Of a DNA stretch of 64,000 bases, positions 28,614-38,916 are shown one piece after another. Numbering within the stretch: the first letter of the stretch is position 1; every line of letters starts with the position of its first letter. The notes beneath the pieces are model-generated. The model was not told the DNA's origin. It made no database searches and was given only the letters and a program-made list of their open reading frames with translations. Made by a program: the position numbers and the translations under genes. The DNA is from Phormidium sp. (GTDB taxonomy: Bacteria; Cyanobacteriota; Cyanobacteriia; Cyanobacteriales; Aerosakkonemataceae), in NCBI GenBank assembly GCA_051013385.1, contig CP143273.1, positions 1,056,001-1,120,000 on the forward strand, in the 5' to 3' direction.

Positions 28614-28703
28614 TACCTAGCCTTAAGTTGAGTTTTTCCCTATCCAAAATATTTGGTTTTAACTAAAATTAAGTTTAGTTAAAACCAAACTTAAGGCTAT
28701 TAA
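28614..28703. promoter_or_regulatory. Cluster of 22-bp palindromes upstream of the sheath gene
   Basis: TACCT AGC CTTAAG TTG AGTTT (28614), TAACT AAA ATTAAG TTT AGTTA (28660), AAACC AAA CTTAAG GCT ATTAA (28682). Confidence 0.6.
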
Positions 28704-28836
28704 GGCTAGAGTTTCAATCCCAATGTTTAAAGCTGATTTCTTACCCAGTCACGGTTTCAAGGAATTTAGCAAACCAAGTACATCCGAGTAAAAATTTCAT
28801 CAATGGATGGTGATATCAATCTAATCATTTGATAAT

Positions 28837-29325
28837 TTAACGTCTTGTTAACTCTTCGACCGTCACTTCAACTTCCTCAATTTCAAAATCACTTCCAGCC
28901 ACATCAAGATCAGAAATCGTGTAACCAACAGGCCATGCTCGTTTGAATTCAAATCGAAACTGTTCTTCTGCTGCCTGATTATAAATTACTAAAGAACCAT
29001 CGCGCCGTTGTTTTGCCCAATTTCCATCCTGCACTGTTTGAAGCCAGTTCCAAAATGTCATTGACACCGTTAAACCTCGGCGCAAAGTCATATTAGTATA
29101 GGTCATATTGCCAGGAATTTTCGTGCGTACAATTCGACCTTTAGATGTTCCTTGGCTTCCCCACTTTTGCGGTGTAACTTCACAGATTTCCATTACCTCT
29201 TGAGTTGCCTTAAAGCCGCTACACTCCATAAAGTAACCATCTACCGAGTCATCACTGCCATCTAGTTTTAGCTCTAAATAAAACTTTGCTTTTGTGAGAA
29301 TTTCAGGAAAATTTGTCACAATCAT
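28837..29325 (-). CDS. Tail tube protein, gp19 family
   Basis: FMECSG..KIPG..MTLRRGL..FWNW..RRDGSL..FKRAWPVGY..IEEVEV. Confidence 0.92.
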   Translation of the reverse strand: MIVTNFPEILTKAKFYLELKLDGSDDSVDGYFMECSGFKATQEVMEICEVTPQKWGSQGTSKGRIVRTKIPGNMTYTNMTLRRGLTVSMTFWNWLQTVQDGNWAKQRRDGSLVIYNQAAEEQFRFEFKRAWPVGYTISDLDVAGSDFEIEEVEVTVEELTRR

Positions 29326-29365
29326 CCTACCTTTAATAAAAAGGGTAAATCAAATCCTTGAATTT

Positions 29366-29851
29366 TTACTTTACCCGAACTATTTTCGTGAATCTAAGTT
29401 CTATGGTATCTTCAGCAACTTGACCAGACTGATCTGGGCCGAGGGTACCGCTAGCTTGTTTTATAGTACCGGGAAACAAATCGGTAAAGTCAAAACGCAT
29501 TTCCTTACCATCCCCGTCATAAATAGTCAGTGATCCAGTTTTCCGATTTGTTCTAGCTTGTGTCTGCCCACCAGCATAAGCTTCGGAGTGACACTTGATA
29601 TACCAGTCTTCTAATGCTTTTTGCACACCTTCATTTCCTGCTACATAAGTGAGGGTAATAGCAGAGCTATATTTGACTCCACCAATAACAGATTGAGTTT
29701 GGCTTTTACCGCCTTTTGTACAGCCTATTGGGGCATCACCCCCAGCAACTTCAATAGTAATTTCTGGACCATTAACGCTCTTAATTAATAAGTCTTGAAT
29801 CCCGTCTATTTCAAAGTAAAACTTAGAATTTGTCAAAAACTCTTCAGCCAT
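29366..29851 (-). CDS. Tail tube protein, gp19 family (divergent)
   Basis: FYFEIDG..KSVNGPEI..ITLT..LEDWY..RKTGSLTIYD..FTDLFP..EDTIEL. Confidence 0.8.
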   Translation of the reverse strand: MAEEFLTNSKFYFEIDGIQDLLIKSVNGPEITIEVAGGDAPIGCTKGGKSQTQSVIGGVKYSSAITLTYVAGNEGVQKALEDWYIKCHSEAYAGGQTQARTNRKTGSLTIYDGDGKEMRFDFTDLFPGTIKQASGTLGPDQSGQVAEDTIELRFTKIVRVK

Positions 29852-29901
29852 TTAATATCTCCTGATACACATTTAATTTGACAGTAGTACGCCCGTTGTA
29901 T

Positions 29902-30390
29902 TTACTTAGCGCGATTAAATTTTTCACAAGTAATTGTGAAAGTCTCTTCCAAATATTTATCTTCAGTTGCATTCAAATCTGCACATTTGTATTTGGAAGG
30001 CCAAGCGTCTACGAACTCCCACATTGCTACTACTTCACTATCTGAATCAAATGCAGTAATTTTGCCAGATTTTTTATTATTCTTCCATTGTCCTTTACCA
30101 CCATCAGATTTAGGTAAGCATTTTTCAAACCATTCATACATTTTCTTGCTAGCGCTGCTAGCATCCAGACACGCAATACAAACACAATCGAAGGTGAATA
30201 ATCCTTCAAATCCACCTGAATTAATCTGGCGAATTGATTTTCCATCTTTAGTAGTTCCAATTACAGTTTCACCTCCAGCTACTTTTGGTTTGTATTCTGG
30301 TAGGGTTACACTTTTGAAAACTAAATCAGCTAGAGCATCAAATTCTAAGTAAAAACTGCTAGGGGCAATTGGTTTAACTAAATCAGCCAT
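29902..30390 (-). CDS. Tail tube protein, gp19 family (divergent); ATG at 30390 preferred to TTG at 30396
   Basis: FYLEFD..FKSVTLP..MYEWF..KKSGKITAFD..WEFVDAWPSKY..LNA..EETFTITCE. Confidence 0.85.
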   Translation of the reverse strand: MADLVKPIAPSSFYLEFDALADLVFKSVTLPEYKPKVAGGETVIGTTKDGKSIRQINSGGFEGLFTFDCVCIACLDASSASKKMYEWFEKCLPKSDGGKGQWKNNKKSGKITAFDSDSEVVAMWEFVDAWPSKYKCADLNATEDKYLEETFTITCEKFNRAK

Positions 30391-30561
30391 TTGCAAAACT
30401 CCTTTTTTTGGTAAAAAATAGTACTAACTAAGATAACAACGAATTCAAGTGCAAAAAATCCGCAATTTAGTAGCTCTTTTCCCTTGCTTTGCGCTAATCT
30501 AGAGTCATTTCTAGAGTTGGTTTGTTGTTTGTTTATAGTTTACAAAGTCTTCCATAGACAG

Positions 30562-30583
30562 TACCTAGCCTAAAGTTCGGTTT
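30562..30583. promoter_or_regulatory. 22-bp palindrome-like site between the tube operon and the hybrid kinase
   Basis: TACCT AGC CTAAAG TTC GGTTT; gtacctagcct-aagtt is shared with 28613-28629. Confidence 0.55.
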
Positions 30584-30664
30584 AAAGCTGATAAAATGGC
30601 TAGTCGATCGCCAAATTTAAGATGAGAGTATTAGCGTGAGTCCCTTTTAGGAGAGCAAAAGAAA

Positions 30665-33600
30665 ATGCTCGATTTAAGAGAATACCAAATACTAGAACAA
30701 ATTTATACTAGTTCTAAGCACATTTTGTACCGAGGTTTACGGATATCAGACCAACAGCCTGTAATTCTCAAATACCTTCGCTCTGACTACCCTACACCCG
30801 GAGAAATTGCTTCTCTCCAACAAGAATATGAAATCGCTTATTCTTTAAATATTAGTGGAATAGTTAAACCCTTAGATTTTTTAAATATCTACGATCGCCC
30901 TGTCCTGGTTCTATCAGATTTTGATGGTGTTTCTCTCAAAGAATACCTAGCTCATCACCAACTCACTTTAACCGAATTTTTAAATATTAGTATACAAATT
31001 GCACATATATTGGGAGAACTACACAATAAACAGATAATTCATAAAAATATTAAAGCTGACAATATTATCATCAATCCAAATACTTTAGAAATCAAGATAA
31101 CCGATTTGGCTCAAACTTCTTCCCCATTTAAAGAAGAAACAAATTTCAGTCATTTGATGCAGGAAGATACATTAGCATATATATCACCAGAAGCCACAGG
31201 ACGAATTAATTGCACAATTGATTATCGCACTGATTTCTATTCGTTGGGAGTCACTTTTTATGAAATGCTTACTGGACAATTACCTTACAATTGTACAGAC
31301 CCAATGGAATTGATTCACGCTCATATTGCCAAAATCCCGATCGAACCACAAATCCTAAATCCACAAGTTCCTCCAATTTTGTCGGACTTGGTGATGAAAT
31401 TACTCGCCAAAAACCCAGAAGATAGATATCAAAGTGCTTTCGGTATCAAATCAGATTTAGAATTGTGTCACACTCAACTTAAACAAAAGGGTTATATAAG
31501 CAACTTTACTTTAGGTGAAAAAGATTTTTCTTTTAAATTACAAATTCCGCAAAAACTTTACGGAAGGCAAAGAGAATTAGCCCAATTAAAAGCAGCTTTT
31601 GAGCGAGTTTGTACAGGAAATACTCAGTTAATGTTAGTAACTGGATATTCTGGTATTGGTAAATCTACTTTAATACAAGAAATAAAAAAACCATTACTGC
31701 AATACAGTGGTTATTTCATATCAGGAAAATTCGATCGATTCCAGCGTCATATTCCCTACAGTGCTTTGGTACAAGCATTTTCTGACTTGGTACATCAATT
31801 ACTGACTGAAGAACAAACGCAATTAGAAACTTGGCGCGAAAAACTACAGACTGCTTTAGGAACAAATGGTCAGATCATTATTGATATTATCCCAGAAGTT
31901 GAAATTTTAATTGGCTCTCAACCGTCAGTTATCCAAATTTCACCAGAAGATGCCCAAAGTAGATTTAATTTAGTATTTCAAAATTTTATTCAGGTGTTTG
32001 CGTCTCCAGAACATCCCTTAGTAATATTTTTGGATGATTTACAATGGGCGGATACAGCTTCCTTAAAACTAATACAATTGTTGGTAAATAAAACGAAAAG
32101 GGCGCTATTCTTAATAGGAGCATATCGGAATAACGAAGTTAATGCTTTACATCCCTTGAAGCATACACTAGAAGAAATTAAAACTACTGGAGCAGATTTA
32201 ACTGAAATTTTATTATCTAGATTAGAGTTATCGGAAGTTAATCAGTTGATTGCTGAAACTTTGAATTGCTCGTTAGAAAAATCACAACCATTAGCGGAAT
32301 TACTTTTAGCCAAAACTGAGGGTAATCCTTTCTTTTTAAAGCAATTTCTCAAGTCGCTTTATAAAGAAAAGTTATTAATGTTTGATTGTGTTCAAAGTTC
32401 TTGGCAGTGGGATTTAGAGCAAATTTGCACCAAGGCAATGACGGAAAACGTTGTAGAATTACTAGTTCGCAAAATCAAAAATCTGCCAGAAAAAACACAA
32501 ACAATTTTAAAATTATCTGCGTGCATAGGGAATCATTTTGATTTAGAATCTTTAAGAGTTATTTCAGAAATATCGCTAGAAAATTCAATTGAAAGCTTAC
32601 AAGAAACTGTTAGAGAAGAGTTAATTAAATGTTCAGTTTCCAGAAGAGTTTTGCCAAAAATTCCCCGAAGAAAAGAGCCACCAAATATTACCTATGAATT
32701 TGTACACGATCGCATTCAGCAAGCCGCCTATTCTCTCATTCCCACCACAGAAACTAAAGCAATACACTGGCAAATTGGACTACTACTACTGCACAATAGC
32801 TCAAAAGAAGTGCAAGAAGAGAAAATTTTTCAAATTGTTAACCAACTTAATCAAGGGATAGAATTGTGCAAAGATGAATTTCAAAAGTATGAACTTGCAA
32901 ATTTAAATTTGATGGCTGCAAAAAAAGCTAGATTAGCAACTGCTTATGAAGCCGAATTTCAATATTTAACAGTAGGGATTAATTTGTTAGGAAAAGACTG
33001 TTGGGAAATTCAATATAAGTTGGCTTTAGAAATTCATGAATTAAATGCTGAAAATGCTTATTTGCGTGGTAAATTTTCCGAATTAGAACAGTTAGAACAA
33101 AAGCTTTTAAACCAAGCTCGAACTGAACTAGATAAAGTGAAAACTTATGAAATTAAAATTCAAGCCTGTATGGCCAAAAACCATTTATTAGAAGCTATAA
33201 ATATTGGACTGGAAGTGCTAGAGCTTTTGGGAATAAAATTAATAAAAAGTCCTGAAGACTATCATATTTTTATAGAACTTACCTCACTAAAAATTGCTCT
33301 GTTTGGTCGATCAATTAAAGCTTTGGCGAATTTACCAAAAATGACAAATTTGCGTTCAATTGCAGCCGTGCGAATTCTGGAGATAATGTTAATTCCTGCT
33401 GCGCTTGCCTGCCCTAAAATATATCCTATGATCGTCTCTAAAATAATCAAATTATCCCTTCGTTATGGAAATGCGCTCAATTCAGCTATTGGATATTCTT
33501 GTTATGCAATAGTTTTAATGAATAGAACTGGAGACATTGAAAACAGCTATCGATTTGGTTTGTTAGCCCTATATCTAGAAGAGAAATTTGAAAGCAAAAA

Positions 33601-36600
33601 ACTTAAAGGTGCTATTTTAACAGGACTTTCTAATTCTATTATTCACTGGAAGGAACCACTAAAAAATACGCTACCCCTACTGCGAGAGGCTCATCAAATT
33701 TGCTTAGAAACAGGGAATTTACGATATTTTGCTTGGTCTGTTATTAGCTATTGTTCTAACTCATTTTTTAGCAGTAATGTACTCACGAAATTAGAACAAG
33801 AGATAGCTTATTACAGCGAATTAATTCAACATTACAAACAAGAAAATGCTTTTAGATCTATTAAGATATATCATCAAGTTGTTTTTAATTTGCTGGCACG
33901 CAGCGAAAATCCATGTTGTTTAATTGGGGAAATTTACAATGAAGAGTATATAGCATCACTTAACAAGAACGCCAATAATAAAAGGAGAAATTTGTTAGAA
34001 AATTTTTACAAATTGATTCTTTGTTATTTATTTGAAGAGAATGGGCAAGCAGCTGTTTGTGCAGACCAAGTAGAAAAATTTTTAGATATTGTGAATGCCT
34101 CTATCAAAGTACCATTATTCTATTTTTATAACTCCTTAGTCAGATTAGCTCTCTATTCAAATAGTTCTAAATCTGAACAAAAATATTGGCTGAAATGGGT
34201 CAAAATTAATAAAAATAAGCTAAAAAAATGGGCACATTATTCTCCAACAAATTACTTACATAAATATTATTTAGTGGAGGCAGAACTAAGTCGAGTTTTG
34301 CATCAAGATGTAAAGGCACAAGAGCTATACGATCGCGCGATCGCCCTAGCCAAAGCAAACGAATATACCAATGAAGAAGCTCTTGCCAATGAACTAGCAG
34401 CTAAATTCTACCTTAGCCGAGGAAAAATTACCATTTCTCGTGCATATATGCAGGAAGCCCGTTATTGTTATCAAAAATGGGGAGCTATTGCTAAAGTAAA
34501 TCATTTAAATGAGAATTACCCTCTATTATTAACTCAAGTTCCACAGGAGACTTCTTCAGTAACCTTAACTATGGATTCTTACCGTTGGACAAGTTTGGAT
34601 TTAACAACTGTTACTAAAGCTGCACAAGTTTTATCCGGGGAGATCGTATTAGATGAATTATTGAAAAAATTGATGCTTATTGTTTTAGAAAATGCAGGAG
34701 CTCAATCTGGCTGTCTTATCCTCAATCAAAATGATACTTTATCTATAGAAGCTAGCGGCACTCTAACAACAGATTGGGTGATACAGAGAGAAACAATAGC
34801 AGTTGAAACTAGTAGTTTATTACCAATATCAGTTATTAATTATGTATTTAGAACTAAAGAGGATTTGATCTTAAATAACGCTAGTCAAGAAGGTAATTTT
34901 ACTGAAGACCCTTACATTTGTTTGCATCAATCAAAGTCAATTTTATGCGTTCCTATTCTCGGTAAAGGTAAACTTATTGGAATTTTATATTTAGAAAATA
35001 ATCTAACAACAAGTGCTTTTACACCCAGCCGATCGAAACTTCTTAAATTACTTTGCTCTCAAGCTGCTATTGCTTTAGAAAATGCCCAACTTTACAATCG
35101 ATTAGAGGATTACTCTCAGACTCTAGAACAAAAAGTTGCAGCTAGAACTCAAGAATTACAAGAAGAAATAAAAACCAGAGAACAAGTTGAAGCTGCTTTG
35201 CGCTTATCAGAAGAAAAATTTTACCGTGCCTTTCGTTCTAGTCCTAATCCCATCTCCCTCAGTCGATTTTCTGATGGATGTTTGATTGAAGTTAATGATA
35301 GCTGGTTAAATATTTTTGAGTACGATCGCACAGAAGTTATAGGTCATAGCTTCGCTGAGCTTAGTATTATAGTTGATTTAGCAGCATCGAAAAAGATTCG
35401 GCAGATGTTAAAGAAACAAGAAATAGTTCGCAATTTAGAAACTAATTTTCGCAGTAAGTCTGGACAAATTAAAACTTTTTTATTTTCTGCTGAACCTATT
35501 AATATTGCTGGAGAAGCTTACATTATCGCTGTTGGCAACGACATCACAGAGCGTAAGCAAGCAGAAATGGCATTGGAAGCAGCTAAACAAGCCGCCGATG
35601 CTGCTAACCGAGCAAAAAGCACTTTTTTGGCAAATATGAGCCACGAACTTAGAACACCATTAAATGCTATTCTTGGCTTCTCCCAATTAATGAGTCGTGC
35701 TTCTAACTTATATTCAGAACAGCAAGAAAATTTAGCTATTATTAGTCGTAGTGGAGAACACTTGCTAACACTAATTAACCAAGTTTTAGATTTGTCCAAA
35801 ATTGAAGCGGGACGTATTACTCTTAATGAAACAAACTTTGACCTTCATCGGCTGCTAAAAGACTTAGCAGATATGTTTCAAATCCAGGCTAAAAATAAAG
35901 GATTACAGTTAATCTTTGAACTGTCGCCAGAAGTTCCCAGATATGTAAAAAGTGATGAACTTAAGTTGCGCCAAGTATTACTAAACTTGCTATCTAATGC
36001 AATTAAATTCACATCTGAAGGCGGTCTTTCTCTAAGAGTTGGGTTAGAAATAAGTAAGAATATACAAAATTCATTTATTGATAAAGTAATCGAAAAAGAA
36101 AAAGCTACTTCATTACTTATTACTAATGTAGAAACTATAATCATTTTTGAATTAGAAGATACTGGTGTAGGAATTCCGCCAGAAGAATTAGAGGCTGTTT
36201 TTGAAGCTTTTACACAAAGTAAAGCAGGTCAAAGCTCACCAGAAGGAACTGGATTAGGATTGACTATTGCACGATCTTTTGTGCAATTAATGGGAGGCGA
36301 TATTAGTGTTAATAGTTATGTTGGTCAAGGCAGTGTTTTTAGATTTAATATTAAAGTTAATGTTGTAGAAAGTGCTGATGTTAAATCTTGGCAACCAACG
36401 CGAAGAGCGATCGCACTTGCACCCAATCAACCAAAATATCGCCTTTTAATCGTAGACGATCGCTGGGATAGTCGCCAACTATTAATTAAACTACTCTTTC
36501 CTTTTGGTTTTGAAATTTACGAAGCAAGTAATGGAAACGAAGCTATCCAGAAATGGGAACAAACTTCACCACATTTAATTTTTATGGATATGCGAATGCC

Positions 36601-37066
36601 GATTATGGATGGATATGAAGCAACTAAACAAATTAAATCTACTACTAAAGGTCAAGCAACAGCAATAATCGCCCTAACAGCTAGTAGCTTTGATGAAGAA
36701 CAGGCTGTTGTTCTTTCTGCGGGTTGCGATGGCTTTATTCGTAAACCTTTCCGCGATGATAACATTTTCGCTGCTTTAACTAAACATATAGGAGTAGTAT
36801 TTCTTTATGAAGAATATCAAACTAAAGTTTCTCAGAACGAAAGCGAAACAGATATCATTAGCACTGCTCATCTTGCTACTTTACCTCATGACTTACTCCT
36901 AGATTTACAACAATCCATTATTAACCTTGATTCGGAGTTAATGCAAAGTATTGTAGGAAAAATTACTCAAATTAACGAACCTTTAGCTAAAGCGATCGCT
37001 ATTTACATTAAAAGATTCCAATATGATGAACTATTAGAGTTAACCCAATTAACAACTAATCGTTAA
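30665..37066 (+). CDS. Multidomain hybrid sensor kinase (STK-like, AAA/STAND NTPase, helical region, GAF, PAS, HisKA, HATPase, REC)
   Basis: TLAYISPEATGR..DFYSLG; GYSGIGKS, IFLDDLQWAD; GAF YLENN; FLANMSHELRTPLN, NLLSNAIKF, DTGVGI, GTGLGL; LIVDD..FMDMRMP..KP. Confidence 0.95.
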   Translation: MLDLREYQILEQIYTSSKHILYRGLRISDQQPVILKYLRSDYPTPGEIASLQQEYEIAYSLNISGIVKPLDFLNIYDRPVLVLSDFDGVSLKEYLAHHQLTLTEFLNISIQIAHILGELHNKQIIHKNIKADNIIINPNTLEIKITDLAQTSSPFKEETNFSHLMQEDTLAYISPEATGRINCTIDYRTDFYSLGVTFYEMLTGQLPYNCTDPMELIHAHIAKIPIEPQILNPQVPPILSDLVMKLLAKNPEDRYQSAFGIKSDLELCHTQLKQKGYISNFTLGEKDFSFKLQIPQKLYGRQRELAQLKAAFERVCTGNTQLMLVTGYSGIGKSTLIQEIKKPLLQYSGYFISGKFDRFQRHIPYSALVQAFSDLVHQLLTEEQTQLETWREKLQTALGTNGQIIIDIIPEVEILIGSQPSVIQISPEDAQSRFNLVFQNFIQVFASPEHPLVIFLDDLQWADTASLKLIQLLVNKTKRALFLIGAYRNNEVNALHPLKHTLEEIKTTGADLTEILLSRLELSEVNQLIAETLNCSLEKSQPLAELLLAKTEGNPFFLKQFLKSLYKEKLLMFDCVQSSWQWDLEQICTKAMTENVVELLVRKIKNLPEKTQTILKLSACIGNHFDLESLRVISEISLENSIESLQETVREELIKCSVSRRVLPKIPRRKEPPNITYEFVHDRIQQAAYSLIPTTETKAIHWQIGLLLLHNSSKEVQEEKIFQIVNQLNQGIELCKDEFQKYELANLNLMAAKKARLATAYEAEFQYLTVGINLLGKDCWEIQYKLALEIHELNAENAYLRGKFSELEQLEQKLLNQARTELDKVKTYEIKIQACMAKNHLLEAINIGLEVLELLGIKLIKSPEDYHIFIELTSLKIALFGRSIKALANLPKMTNLRSIAAVRILEIMLIPAALACPKIYPMIVSKIIKLSLRYGNALNSAIGYSCYAIVLMNRTGDIENSYRFGLLALYLEEKFESKKLKGAILTGLSNSIIHWKEPLKNTLPLLREAHQICLETGNLRYFAWSVISYCSNSFFSSNVLTKLEQEIAYYSELIQHYKQENAFRSIKIYHQVVFNLLARSENPCCLIGEIYNEEYIASLNKNANNKRRNLLENFYKLILCYLFEENGQAAVCADQVEKFLDIVNASIKVPLFYFYNSLVRLALYSNSSKSEQKYWLKWVKINKNKLKKWAHYSPTNYLHKYYLVEAELSRVLHQDVKAQELYDRAIALAKANEYTNEEALANELAAKFYLSRGKITISRAYMQEARYCYQKWGAIAKVNHLNENYPLLLTQVPQETSSVTLTMDSYRWTSLDLTTVTKAAQVLSGEIVLDELLKKLMLIVLENAGAQSGCLILNQNDTLSIEASGTLTTDWVIQRETIAVETSSLLPISVINYVFRTKEDLILNNASQEGNFTEDPYICLHQSKSILCVPILGKGKLIGILYLENNLTTSAFTPSRSKLLKLLCSQAAIALENAQLYNRLEDYSQTLEQKVAARTQELQEEIKTREQVEAALRLSEEKFYRAFRSSPNPISLSRFSDGCLIEVNDSWLNIFEYDRTEVIGHSFAELSIIVDLAASKKIRQMLKKQEIVRNLETNFRSKSGQIKTFLFSAEPINIAGEAYIIAVGNDITERKQAEMALEAAKQAADAANRAKSTFLANMSHELRTPLNAILGFSQLMSRASNLYSEQQENLAIISRSGEHLLTLINQVLDLSKIEAGRITLNETNFDLHRLLKDLADMFQIQAKNKGLQLIFELSPEVPRYVKSDELKLRQVLLNLLSNAIKFTSEGGLSLRVGLEISKNIQNSFIDKVIEKEKATSLLITNVETIIIFELEDTGVGIPPEELEAVFEAFTQSKAGQSSPEGTGLGLTIARSFVQLMGGDISVNSYVGQGSVFRFNIKVNVVESADVKSWQPTRRAIALAPNQPKYRLLIVDDRWDSRQLLIKLLFPFGFEIYEASNGNEAIQKWEQTSPHLIFMDMRMPIMDGYEATKQIKSTTKGQATAIIALTASSFDEEQAVVLSAGCDGFIRKPFRDDNIFAALTKHIGVVFLYEEYQTKVSQNESETDIISTAHLATLPHDLLLDLQQSIINLDSELMQSIVGKITQINEPLAKAIAIYIKRFQYDELLELTQLTTNR

Positions 37067-37068
37067 AC

Positions 37069-38916
37069 ATGAATCAAGCTCTAAACTCTCCTCAAATAAA
37101 TAGCATTTTAATCGTCGATGACACTCCAGAGAACTTAAATCTTCTCAGTGGGATGCTATCTGGTGCTGGCTACAAAGTACACCTAGCACCAAGCGGTAAA
37201 ATAGCTCTAAAATTTATTGAAACAAACAAACCTGACCTAATTTTGCTTGACATTATGATGCCACAGATAGACGGTTATGAAATATGCAAGCAACTAAAAT
37301 CTTCTCCCGTAACTCAAGATATTCCCGTAATTTTCCTCAGCGCTTTACAAGAAGTATTTGATAAAGTAAAAGCCTTTTCTTTAGGAGCAGTAGACTACAT
37401 TACCAAACCATTTGAATGCCAAGAAGTTTTAGCCAGAATTGAAAATCAATTACGCTTGAGAAGACTTTCAAAACAATTAAGCGAGCAAAACGATCGGCTT
37501 TCTCAAGAAATCCAACAACGTAAACAAATTGAAGAAGAATTACGCCGATCTGAAGAGCAGCGCCGACTTACTTTAGACCTTACTCACATCGGAACTTGGC
37601 AATGGCACGTTGCTACAGATAAAGCAGATTGGAATGATAATATGTATCGGTTACTGGGATTAGTACCTGGTGAAGTTGAAAGTAGCCGTCTTGCTTGGCG
37701 ATCGCGCCTTCATCCTGAAGATTTGGAAAGGGTTCATCAAGCAGTTATCCACGCTTTAACAACCCACACCGATCATGAAGTTGAATATCGAGTAGTTTAC
37801 CCTGATGGGAATGTTCATTGGCTTTTAAGCAGAGGTCGTGGTATTTATAACGAAGCAGGAGAACCTGTAAGAATGACAGGAGTAGTTCTCGACATTGGCT
37901 TACGCAAAATTGCAGAGGAAACTCTTAAAGAACAAAAAGAACTTCTGCAAACTATCTTCGATCATGTTCCAGTAATGATTGCTTTATTTGATAGCCCCAA
38001 AAATGATGGTACTCTCTCCTTACTATGGATTAATCAGGCATGGGAAAAAATTTTAGGATGGAATATTGAGGAACTAATTAGTAAAGAGAAAGAAGCGTTT
38101 GTGGAATTTTATCCCAATCCTGTCTGTCGTCAAATATTTCTCGACCAAATGTTGAGAGCAAATTCCGAATGGCGGGATTTTCAAATAAAGATTCGAGATG
38201 GGAGTATGTTGGATACATCTTGGGCTTTTATTCGTTTAAGTAATGGTCAAATTATTGCGATCGGACAAGATATTAGAGAACGCAAACAAGCAGAAGAAGC
38301 TTCGATTTTAGAAGAACGTAATCGCATGGCAAGAGAAATTCATGATAGTTTGGCACAAGCTTTTACTGGAATCATTATCCAATTAGGCGCTGCTTCACGG
38401 GTAATGGGAGGAGTTTCAGAAGACGCGATCGCACACATTAACACAGTACGCGATTTGGCTCGTTATGGACTGACTGAGGCGAGGCGATCGGTTGCTGCTT
38501 TGCGCCCACAATTGTTAGAAGAAGGTGATTTAGGTTGCGCTCTGAGTCGTTTAGCAACCCAAATGTCATCTAATACTAATACCCAAATTTTATTTGAGGT
38601 GATTGGCGCTGCATACTCCTTACCACCAGAAGTAGAACATAACTTGTTACGAATTGGTCAAGAAGCCTTAACCAATGCTTTTAAATATGCTTATGCTAGT
38701 GAAATAAAAATTGAGTTAGTGTATGAAACAGAGCACTTTCTCTTACTCGTAAGAGATAATGGACAAGGGTTTGACAGCGCATCTGTAACTGGCGGTTTTG
38801 GTCTTTTAGGAATGACAGAACGTGCTTCTCGTATGGGGGCACAACTAACTATCCAAAGTCAGCCAAGACAAGGAACATCTGTAGAAGTCTCATTTATCAG
38901 GGGTCAACCAACATGA
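37069..38916 (+). CDS. REC-PAS-PAS-HisKA_3 sensor histidine kinase (NarX/DesK-type core)
   Basis: ILIVDD..LLDIMMP..TKP; HPED PAS; EERNRMAREIHDSLAQ, QEALTNAFKY, DNGQGF, GFGLLGMTER. Confidence 0.95.
   Translation: MNQALNSPQINSILIVDDTPENLNLLSGMLSGAGYKVHLAPSGKIALKFIETNKPDLILLDIMMPQIDGYEICKQLKSSPVTQDIPVIFLSALQEVFDKVKAFSLGAVDYITKPFECQEVLARIENQLRLRRLSKQLSEQNDRLSQEIQQRKQIEEELRRSEEQRRLTLDLTHIGTWQWHVATDKADWNDNMYRLLGLVPGEVESSRLAWRSRLHPEDLERVHQAVIHALTTHTDHEVEYRVVYPDGNVHWLLSRGRGIYNEAGEPVRMTGVVLDIGLRKIAEETLKEQKELLQTIFDHVPVMIALFDSPKNDGTLSLLWINQAWEKILGWNIEELISKEKEAFVEFYPNPVCRQIFLDQMLRANSEWRDFQIKIRDGSMLDTSWAFIRLSNGQIIAIGQDIRERKQAEEASILEERNRMAREIHDSLAQAFTGIIIQLGAASRVMGGVSEDAIAHINTVRDLARYGLTEARRSVAALRPQLLEEGDLGCALSRLATQMSSNTNTQILFEVIGAAYSLPPEVEHNLLRIGQEALTNAFKYAYASEIKIELVYETEHFLLLVRDNGQGFDSASVTGGFGLLGMTERASRMGAQLTIQSQPRQGTSVEVSFIRGQPT

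Larger units (their letters stand above)
1..30396. other. Extracellular contractile injection system (eCIS) gene cluster, continuing beyond the left edge
   Basis: Sheath, tubes, VgrG, PAAR, gp25, baseplate J/I, Pvc16, Afp15 ATPase and DUF4157 occur together. No capsid, terminase or T6SS membrane-complex genes were seen. Confidence 0.95.

Noticed and set aside
13944..30396. Prophage or type VI secretion system
   Set aside because: No capsid, terminase, portal or integrase, and no TssJLM/ClpV; Pvc16, Afp15 and DUF4157 point to eCIS.
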